Source: Erysipelotrichaceae bacterium (GTDB lineage Bacteria > Bacillota_I > Bacilli_A > Erysipelotrichales > Erysipelotrichaceae). From it: a DNA stretch of 57,097 bases. Where the stretch lies: NCBI GenBank assembly GCA_003520745.1, contig DOUE01000022.1, positions 10,950-68,046 on the forward strand, written 5' to 3'. Within the stretch, counting starts at the first letter, position 1. Every line of letters starts with the position of its first letter. This document shows positions 47,220-54,850 of the stretch, piece after piece. The position numbers and the translations under genes were made by a program. Below the pieces are notes generated by a model. The model ran no database searches, was not told the origin of the DNA, and saw only the letters and a program-made list of their open reading frames with translations.

Positions 47220-47248
47220 ATTATATATTTTCCTATTCACCGCGTCAA
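47220..47248 (-). promoter_or_regulatory. Strong sigma-A-type promoter of the SQ operon
   Basis: Minus strand TTGACG (47243-47248), a 17-nt spacer, then TATAAT (47220-47225). This implies a ~178-nt leader. Confidence 0.7.
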
Positions 47249-47552
47249 TGAGTTACGAAACGAAAAATTTTCCAAAGTGGTGGTTTACAGTCGATGTATT
47301 CCATTAGAAGAAATAAAAAGCAAGAGACCTGCTATCGTCGTGTCGCGACATTTAGCAAAGAGATCTCCTGCATGTCAAGTACAGTTCAAGAAATGAATTT
47401 ATGTCTCACATTAGTCAATCCTATCATCTCATTGGAGCAACCAAAACACCGTGATCTGCAATAAAAACCACTCGTTTGAAGTCTATCGATGAAACGGAAA
47501 CTCGTGATAGAAGAAGCAATAATAGCTTATGAAATCTTGCACACTTCTTAAA

Positions 47553-49691
47553 TTACTTGGATCCCACAATCACCATGGTATACGGGTTGATCGCGACGCT
47601 TTGGACGTTGTAATCGGTAATGGCTCCGGCTTCGTTGGCAAGGAGTTCCACATAATCCGGGAACGACTGATAGAAGACTTGGGAGGTCGGATTGATGTAG
47701 ACGAAAATGGAAGAGAACTCGCAGTTCTTCAGATGATGAAGATGATAGACCAAGACTTTCTCTTCGATCGAAGAGAACATGATGTTTTTTTGGATACATT
47801 TGGCGGACGTCATGCGGAAAGCGCTGATCCGTTTGCGCAACTGGATCAAGTCGCGGGTATAACGGACGACTTCGTCGTAGCGCTCCCTGCGTAGCCAATC
47901 GAGTTGGTTGACCGGGTCGGTGCTACGATAACTATTGTGGTGTCCGCTCTTGGTACGGCAAAACTCTTGTCCGCTATGGATGAAGGGGATGCCTTGGGAA
48001 ACCAGGATCGCTCCGATCATCAGCTTTTGCTTACGGATCCTGACTTCGCGTTGGTCTTCCCTGCAGCATTCCTTGAGTTTATCCCAGGACGTACTGTTAT
48101 CGTGGCATTCCACGTAGTTGATGGATTGGTGGGGTTGTTCGAAGATTTTGACCCGGTCGTCGTTAAGACAGTTCCCGATCAATGCCGAATACATGGCCGG
48201 CAGGTAGTTGGTATCCCCTGAACAATAGCCGCGCACGGTGATTTCGTTGGGATTGGTCCGTCCTTTGACATGTTCGCGGAAGAAGTCGTTGAAATGGCCG
48301 ATTTCCGGCATTTGCGCCTGGTTGCCCATGTTCGCCTTCAGGTTCTCATCCAAGATCGTCGGCATGTTCCAGCCTTCGCCGTAGATCATCGCATCGGCCT
48401 TGAGTGAGCGGGATTGGGCGACGACTTCGTTCATCGTCGCGACGTCCAACACGCCCATGAGGTCGAAGCGGAATCCATCGACGTCGTAGGCTTCCATCCA
48501 ACATTTGCACGAATCCAAAATGAACTTGCGGACCATTCGGCAGTTGGAGTCCAGGTCGTTGTTGCAGAAAGAGCCGTTGGACAGTGCGCCTGTCGCCGAA
48601 CGTCGGAAATAGTAATACGGAACGACTTTCTCGAAAGGACTGGTGTCCATGTCGTAGACATGGTTATAGACGACATCCATATTGACGCGTAATCCCTGTT
48701 TATGGAACGCCTGGACCATCATCTTGGCTTCTTTGACACGCAGGATCGGTTGATCCGGATCGGTGGTGTAACTGCCCTCAGGGACATTGTATTGAAGCGG
48801 GTCGTAGCCCCAGTTGTAAAAGGCGCTGACATTGAGTTCATCGACCGTCGCGAAATCATACATCGGCATGATCTGGACGTGGGTGACCCCGAGGTCCTTG
48901 ATGTAGGAAATCCCGGTGGAATAGCCGGCGTCGGTCTTCGTGTTCTCATGGGTGAACGCCATGAACTTGCCCCGTTCGGGAATGTTTCCCTCACTCATCA
49001 TGGAGAAGTCGCGTACGCTGAGTTCATAGAGGATCGCATCGGTTTGGTTTTTAAAGGGGGGTAGGTTTTTCGAGAAGTTCTCGACATCGATCTTCGTATA
49101 ATCGATGACGGCGGACATCTTGTTGTTGGCGAAGGAAGAACGGGCGATCGGGTCGGTGGATTGATTCCATTTCCCGTTGACCAGGATATGGTAAAGATAG
49201 CCGCTCCCGTGGAGGTTGCAATTATAACGATGGCGGAAGACCCCTTTCGCCGTACGTTTCATTTCCCTGAGTTCCTTGACATCGTCCACATAGACTTCGA
49301 CCATGACACGATTGGCGGTCGGAGCCCACAAGGCGAAATCCGTATGGCTGCCGACGGGATGGACCCCGAGGTCATCCCCTTCGTAGTAGAACTCTTCATC
49401 GAAGCGCGCCGTCTTGGTGATCAGGGCGAACTGAAGCGGCGTGGAAAGAGAATGTTCCTCGACCACGTCGTAGGCATCGCCGATGACGATCGAATCCGGT
49501 GCACCCAGGACGTATTTCGTATAATCCCCGGAAGTCAGTTCGAATCCGTGGATGGGGAGCTTCGATAACTTCCCGGCGCTGTCGCGCAGGTAAAAACTCT
49601 CGCTGCGTCCTTGGTAGAACTGGCGGGAGAGATAAATCGTGATGACTTTGTAGTCATCGAGATGGGCTTCGAACTTTTCGACTTTTCGCAT
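47553..49691 (-). CDS. pulA: Type I pullulanase (GH13_14 with N-terminal CBM48-like domain), cytoplasmic
   Basis: 712 aa with no signal peptide. Motifs: YNWGYDP, VNMDVVYNHV, DGFRFDLMG, YGEGW, YVECHDN. Confidence 0.9.
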   Translation of the reverse strand: MRKVEKFEAHLDDYKVITIYLSRQFYQGRSESFYLRDSAGKLSKLPIHGFELTSGDYTKYVLGAPDSIVIGDAYDVVEEHSLSTPLQFALITKTARFDEEFYYEGDDLGVHPVGSHTDFALWAPTANRVMVEVYVDDVKELREMKRTAKGVFRHRYNCNLHGSGYLYHILVNGKWNQSTDPIARSSFANNKMSAVIDYTKIDVENFSKNLPPFKNQTDAILYELSVRDFSMMSEGNIPERGKFMAFTHENTKTDAGYSTGISYIKDLGVTHVQIMPMYDFATVDELNVSAFYNWGYDPLQYNVPEGSYTTDPDQPILRVKEAKMMVQAFHKQGLRVNMDVVYNHVYDMDTSPFEKVVPYYYFRRSATGALSNGSFCNNDLDSNCRMVRKFILDSCKCWMEAYDVDGFRFDLMGVLDVATMNEVVAQSRSLKADAMIYGEGWNMPTILDENLKANMGNQAQMPEIGHFNDFFREHVKGRTNPNEITVRGYCSGDTNYLPAMYSALIGNCLNDDRVKIFEQPHQSINYVECHDNSTSWDKLKECCREDQREVRIRKQKLMIGAILVSQGIPFIHSGQEFCRTKSGHHNSYRSTDPVNQLDWLRRERYDEVVRYTRDLIQLRKRISAFRMTSAKCIQKNIMFSSIEEKVLVYHLHHLKNCEFSSIFVYINPTSQVFYQSFPDYVELLANEAGAITDYNVQSVAINPYTMVIVGSK

Positions 49692-49714
49692 AGGCTTACC
49701 TTTTTGTCGTTTCT

Positions 49715-49723
49715 ATTATACCA
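49715..49723 (-). promoter_or_regulatory. Extended -10 element upstream of pulA
   Basis: Minus strand TGGTATAAT, ~25 nt upstream of the pulA ATG and just after the glgP terminator. The -35 is weak. Confidence 0.5.
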
Positions 49724-49742
49724 ACAATTCCAGATTTGTGTA

Positions 49743-49772
49743 GAGAAGAAAAAGAGCGGGGTTTCCCGCTCT
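49743..49772 (-). terminator. Rho-independent terminator after glgP
   Basis: Minus strand AGAGCGGG-AAAC-CCCGCTCT followed by TTTTTCTTCTC. The stem overlaps the stop codon. Confidence 0.85.
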
Positions 49773-52173
49773 ATTGGTCCAAGGATCGGATATGCCAGAT
49801 TTCATCCGCATATTGACGGATCGTGCGGTCCGACGAGAAGAAACCGGACTTGGCGATGTTCACCAGGCACATCTTCGGCCAGTAGTCATTGTCGAGGTAG
49901 CGACGTTGGACTTCAAGCTGGGCGGCTGCGTAGGCATCGAAATCGGCCAAGAGATAGTACTCGTCGTTGCGATACATCAGTTCATCGAAGATCGCTTTGA
50001 ATTCTTCGCGGTTGGGCTCGAAGGTCCCGTCGATCAGACTATCGACGACCGACTTAAGTCTCGGGTTGGCGTTGTAGTATTTCCAGGCATCGTAGCCTTT
50101 CTTCTTCAACTCGTCGATTTCTTCCACGGTCATCCCGAAGATGACGTCGTAGTCGCGTCCGACGCATTCGTCGATTTCGACGTTGGCGCCATCCAGCGTA
50201 CCCAAGGTGATCGCACCGTTCATCATGAACTTCATGTTGCCGGTACCGGAAGCTTCCTTACCCGCGGTCGAAATCTGTTCGGAGACATCGGCGGCGTTCA
50301 TTAGGATCTCGGCGATCGATACGTTGTAGTTGGGGATGAAGACGACTTTCAGGAACTTGTTGTACTTGGGGTCGTCGTTGACTTTCGCGGCGACGCTGTG
50401 GATCAGTTTGATGACTTTCTTCGCGAAATAGTAGGCCGGCGCGGCTTTCGCGGCGAAGATGAACGTACGCGGCGTCATCGTGAATTCAGGGTTGTTTTCG
50501 ATTTCCTTGATCAGCGAGATGATGTGCAGCACGTTCAGTAACTGCCGTTTGTAGGCGTGGAGTCGTTTCGCCTGGACATCGAAGATCGAGTCCACATCCA
50601 CGTCGATGTTCAAGGTTTTCTTGATGTAGGCGGCGAGGATCATTTTGCGTTGACGTTTCACGTTCATGAATTTCGCCTGAAGCATCTTGTCGTCCACATG
50701 GTCCATCAGTTTCTCGAGTTCTTCCGGACGATAGGCATAGTCTTCGCCGATCGTTTCGTCCAGCAAGGCTTTGAGCTGGGGGTTGGAGTAAAGCAGCCAG
50801 CGGCGATGCGTGATCCCGTTGGTCTTGTTGTTGAACTTGTCGGGGAAAAGGAGATAGAAGTCCTTCATGACATCGTTGATCAGGATTTCGGTATGAAGCT
50901 TGGCGACCCCGTTGACCGAGAACGCACCGACGATGGCGAGGTTCGCCATGTGGATCTGTCCGTCCTTGATGATCGAGACGCGGTGGACCAAGGCTTCGTC
51001 GCCCGGGAACTTCGCACGGACATCATCCAGGAAACGCTTGTTGATTTCTTCGATGATCATGTAGATGCGCGGAAGAAGCTGCTGTACGAAATGGACCGGC
51101 CATTTCTCCAGCGCTTCGGCCATGACGGTATGGTTGGTGTAAGCCATGACCTTCGAAACGATGCCCCAGGCCTGATCCCAGTCGAACCCATGGTCGTCCA
51201 TCAAGATCCGCATCAGTTCGGGGATCGATAGGACGGGATGGGTGTCGTTGAGTTGGAAGACGACTTTTTCGGGAAGGTTGGTGAGGTCGGGATGGATGCG
51301 CAGATGACCCTTGATGAAGGCGGCCAAACCGGCGGATACGAAGAAATACTGTTGTTTTAAGCGTAGGAAACGACCGTGTTCCGTCGAATCGTCCGGATAG
51401 ACGTTCTGACAGATCTCACGGAGTTCGGTGATGTATTGACGGAAATCCTTGTTGGCGGGGAGGATGTCGGAAGCTTCCGCACTCCACAACCGCAAGGTGT
51501 TGGTCATATCGGTCGATTTCCCGACGACCGGCATATCGTAGGGCACGGCGAGGATGTGTTCCGCATCGACATGTTCGAAACGGACCTTCCCTTCTTCGTC
51601 CTTACGCATTTCCACACGACCCCAGAATTTAACTTCCACGGCGTGTTTGGGTTTACGTACTTCCCAGACATTGCCTAAACGAAGCCACTGGTCGGGGACT
51701 TCGATCTGATAGCCGTTCTGGATCTTCTGACGAAACAGCCCGTATTCATAGCGCAGACAGTTCCCGTGACCGGGTAAAGATAGCGAAGCTAAAGAATCCA
51801 GGAAGCAGGCGGCTAGACGGCCTAAGCCGCCGTTGCCCAACCCGGCATCGCTTTCCATGTTTTCGATCTCGTTGATGTCGATGCCAAGATCGGATAAACC
51901 GTCCTTTACGACGTCGTAGATCCCCAGGTTCATCAGGTTGCTTGTCAACAAGCGACCAATCAAGAATTCCATGGAGAAATAGACCATCTGTTTCGCACCC
52001 AGCGTCGCGGCGATCTCTTTGCTTTCTTTCCAGTGGATGGATGCGTAGTCACGCACCATCCCGCCTAATACCATATATCGTTCAGTACGGTGGGATTGTT
52101 CAACCGAACGGCCGTAGGTTTCTACGACGCGTTGGGTAAAGTCCCGCTTAAATTGAAATTTGTTTTGAAACAT
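49771..52173 (-). CDS. glgP: Glycogen/maltodextrin phosphorylase (GT35)
   Basis: 800 aa with the PLP-Lys segment EASGTGNMKFMMNG, plus GNGGLGRLAACF and NDTHP. Confidence 0.95.
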   Translation of the reverse strand: MFQNKFQFKRDFTQRVVETYGRSVEQSHRTERYMVLGGMVRDYASIHWKESKEIAATLGAKQMVYFSMEFLIGRLLTSNLMNLGIYDVVKDGLSDLGIDINEIENMESDAGLGNGGLGRLAACFLDSLASLSLPGHGNCLRYEYGLFRQKIQNGYQIEVPDQWLRLGNVWEVRKPKHAVEVKFWGRVEMRKDEEGKVRFEHVDAEHILAVPYDMPVVGKSTDMTNTLRLWSAEASDILPANKDFRQYITELREICQNVYPDDSTEHGRFLRLKQQYFFVSAGLAAFIKGHLRIHPDLTNLPEKVVFQLNDTHPVLSIPELMRILMDDHGFDWDQAWGIVSKVMAYTNHTVMAEALEKWPVHFVQQLLPRIYMIIEEINKRFLDDVRAKFPGDEALVHRVSIIKDGQIHMANLAIVGAFSVNGVAKLHTEILINDVMKDFYLLFPDKFNNKTNGITHRRWLLYSNPQLKALLDETIGEDYAYRPEELEKLMDHVDDKMLQAKFMNVKRQRKMILAAYIKKTLNIDVDVDSIFDVQAKRLHAYKRQLLNVLHIISLIKEIENNPEFTMTPRTFIFAAKAAPAYYFAKKVIKLIHSVAAKVNDDPKYNKFLKVVFIPNYNVSIAEILMNAADVSEQISTAGKEASGTGNMKFMMNGAITLGTLDGANVEIDECVGRDYDVIFGMTVEEIDELKKKGYDAWKYYNANPRLKSVVDSLIDGTFEPNREEFKAIFDELMYRNDEYYLLADFDAYAAAQLEVQRRYLDNDYWPKMCLVNIAKSGFFSSDRTIRQYADEIWHIRSLDQ

Positions 52174-52236
52174 GACGTCCTCCTAAGGATGCGAAATGAT
52201 AATATCAGATATCACAACAAATATCAAACGATAGTT

Positions 52237-54072
52237 TTACTTGGTAAATTCGAAGTAAACCGCCGCAAACGGGGCGATCCGCACATTGATGGAGTGATGA
52301 TAGCCATGGTTGTGGATGGCGTCGGAGTGGACCGGTTGGAAATTGCACATGTCGCACCCGTCGTAGATCGCTTTTTCGGTGTTGATGATCTCCACGTAGT
52401 TGCCCTCGTACGGAACGCCGATCCTGAATCCCTCATAGGCGATCGGGGTCATGTTGAGCAGGACAAGGATGACGCTCTTTTCATCTTCACGGTAGAAGGA
52501 ATAGATGGATTGGGAAGCGTTGTCCGCGTCGATCCAACGGAACCCGTTCTGCGTATAGTCATAGCGGCTAAGGCAAGGATGATAGCGATAAATTTGATTC
52601 AAATCTTGCATGAACCGTTTAAATGCCGCGTGTTTCGCATATTCGAGCAGGAACCAATCCAGTTCGCGGTTTTCGTCCCACTCGCGGAAATGCGCCAGCT
52701 CGTTGCCCATGAAGTTCAATTTCTTGCCCGGATGGGCGAACATGTACAAGTACAGATTCTTCACTTGGGAGAACTTCTGGTTGTAGTCCCCCCACATCTT
52801 ATTGATGATGGTCCCTTTGCCATGGACGACTTCGTCGTGGCTTAAGGGAAGGACGAACTTCTCGGAGTAGAAATACGCCATCGAGAAAGTTAGGGAATGG
52901 TGGTGGAACGCTCTGTAGATCGGATCCAAAGCATAATACTTCAGGGTATCGTTCATCCATCCCAGATCCCACTTGTAATCGAAGCCCAAGCCCATTTCAT
53001 AGGTGGAATGGGTGACTTTCGGGAAATCCGAGGAATCTTCCGCAAACAACAAGACGTTGGGATGGCGTTGGTTCAGGTAATAGTTCATGCGGCGGATGAA
53101 AGCCAAGGCTCCGTCGTTGACGCCGCGTTGCTTGTTGCCATGCCAGAAAATGATGTTGCTGACCGCATCGACGCGTAATCCATCCATATGATAGGTGTCC
53201 AGCCAGTAATTGGCGCTGGACATTAGGAACGAACGGACTTCCTCGCGCCACAAATCGAAGTTCAGGGTTCCCCATTGGCTATTGGCGTCGTGGTCGTTGG
53301 GGTATTCAAAGACAGGAGAACCGTCGAAATGCGCCAATCCGAAAGCGTCGCGGACGAAATGGACCGGGACGAAATCGAAGATGACGCCGATTTCCGCCTG
53401 ATGCAGGAGGTCGACGAATTCCATCAGTTGTTTCGGGGTTCCGTAACGGCTGGTGACCGAGAAATATCCGTGCGATTGATAACCCCAGGAGCCGTCGAAC
53501 GGATGTTCCGTCACCGGCATGATTTCGATGTGGGTATATCCCATTTCTTTAAGGTAGGGGACCAATTCCCTGGCGATTTCCACATAGTTCAACCATGTCG
53601 TACCGTCTTTTTTCTTCCAGCTCCCCAGATGCAGTTCATAGATGTTGATGGCTTCCTGAAACCCTTTGGATCGGCGGTTCAGCCAGATCGCATCGTGCCA
53701 GGAATAGCCTTTCAGGTTGACGACGAGAGACGCATGCTTGGGTCGCATTTCACTGGAGATCGCATAAGGATCGGCTTTTTCGATCCAATGTCCATCCGCT
53801 TTCTGGATGACGTATTTATACATCGCCCATTCCGAGACGTTGCTCACGAAAACGCTCCAGATCCCTCCGGTCGTCGCACGGTGCATTTCGATCGGATAGC
53901 CCCAGTCGTTGAACGATCCGACGACCTGTACCCGGTGGGCATGCGGGGCATATACCGTGAAGCGGACACCGTTGACCCCTTCATAGGAAAAGTGCGCTCC
54001 GAATAGATGGTGCGCATCCAGGCTATGGCCTGAATGGAACTGCTCGACGAGTGCGTGTTGCAGCATGATCAT
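52237..54072 (-). CDS. glgB: 1,4-alpha-glucan branching enzyme (GH13_9)
   Basis: 611 aa. Motifs: DFVPVHF, DGLRVDAVSNI, LFAEDSS, LSHDEVVHGK, and an N-terminal CBM48. Confidence 0.93.
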   Translation of the reverse strand: MIMLQHALVEQFHSGHSLDAHHLFGAHFSYEGVNGVRFTVYAPHAHRVQVVGSFNDWGYPIEMHRATTGGIWSVFVSNVSEWAMYKYVIQKADGHWIEKADPYAISSEMRPKHASLVVNLKGYSWHDAIWLNRRSKGFQEAINIYELHLGSWKKKDGTTWLNYVEIARELVPYLKEMGYTHIEIMPVTEHPFDGSWGYQSHGYFSVTSRYGTPKQLMEFVDLLHQAEIGVIFDFVPVHFVRDAFGLAHFDGSPVFEYPNDHDANSQWGTLNFDLWREEVRSFLMSSANYWLDTYHMDGLRVDAVSNIIFWHGNKQRGVNDGALAFIRRMNYYLNQRHPNVLLFAEDSSDFPKVTHSTYEMGLGFDYKWDLGWMNDTLKYYALDPIYRAFHHHSLTFSMAYFYSEKFVLPLSHDEVVHGKGTIINKMWGDYNQKFSQVKNLYLYMFAHPGKKLNFMGNELAHFREWDENRELDWFLLEYAKHAAFKRFMQDLNQIYRYHPCLSRYDYTQNGFRWIDADNASQSIYSFYREDEKSVILVLLNMTPIAYEGFRIGVPYEGNYVEIINTEKAIYDGCDMCNFQPVHSDAIHNHGYHHSINVRIAPFAAVYFEFTK

Positions 54073-54095
54073 GTGACCCCCTTGTGGTTAGTTTC

Positions 54096-54124
54096 ATTGT
54101 ACTTGATTCATTCAGCACTGTCAA
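54096..54124 (-). promoter_or_regulatory. Promoter of glgB-glgP
   Basis: Minus strand TTGACA (54119-54124), a 17-nt spacer, then TACAAT (54096-54101). Confidence 0.7.
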
Positions 54125-54140
54125 AAGTGGAATTCCACGG

Positions 54141-54154
54141 AGTAATCGTTTACA
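54141..54154 (-). promoter_or_regulatory. cre box upstream of the glgB -35
   Basis: Minus strand aTGTAAACGATTACT fits WTGNAANCGNWNNCW. It lies 16 nt upstream of the -35 hexamer. Confidence 0.5.
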
Positions 54155-54307
54155 TAAGTGAACCACTCACCCAAAACAGCTCAAATTTACGCATATACAC
54201 ATCCGATTTTTGACATCCCGACCAATAAAAAAATGGCTTCTAAACCATCAATATCACACAAATTCGATTTTATTCTTTTCTATCGTTTCATTTTAAATGC
54301 CAATATC

Positions 54308-54850
54308 CTACGAAAATAGACTCTTAACGTTTCGATCAAGACGAACTGATGTTGCATTGATTAAGAGTTCTTCAACAGAAGAAATCGTCGCTAAAAGGCA
54401 ACTTATAAAGAGCACGATCGACACATCAATCCACAAAAGTAGAATCGGAAGGCTAAAAATCATCATGCCTGTTACTTTGTTTGTATAAGTATGAAGAAAG
54501 CAAATCGTCCGATATTTTAATAGGCCGATTGAAACCGAAACGAGTCGAACGAGAAGTATGACGAGTAACCATGGATACGCCAACTTCGGTACTAGTAGGC
54601 GAGGTAAAATTCTCAATAGTACGATGGTGATTACCATGAAGTCTGCAAAACTATCCAGTTTGGCTCCGATCTCGCTGATAACATTCATTTTCCGTGCAAT
54701 CCATCCATCCAGTACGTCGGTGAATCCGCACACGATGAAAATGAAAGTAAACGGGAATGAAAAAGGGGGGAAGATCAAGAGAAGTAAAGAAAGAAAAATT
54801 CGAATACAAGTCAATGTGTTCGGGATATATTTCCACATGTTCATCACCAT
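54308..54850 (-). CDS. CDP-alcohol phosphatidyltransferase (PgsA-like)
   Basis: 180 aa. DVLDGWIARKMNVISEIGAKLDSFADFMV matches D-G-x2-A-R-x8-G-x3-D-x3-D. It is a polytopic membrane protein. Confidence 0.8.
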   Translation of the reverse strand: MVMNMWKYIPNTLTCIRIFLSLLLLIFPPFSFPFTFIFIVCGFTDVLDGWIARKMNVISEIGAKLDSFADFMVITIVLLRILPRLLVPKLAYPWLLVILLVRLVSVSIGLLKYRTICFLHTYTNKVTGMMIFSLPILLLWIDVSIVLFISCLLATISSVEELLINATSVRLDRNVKSLFS

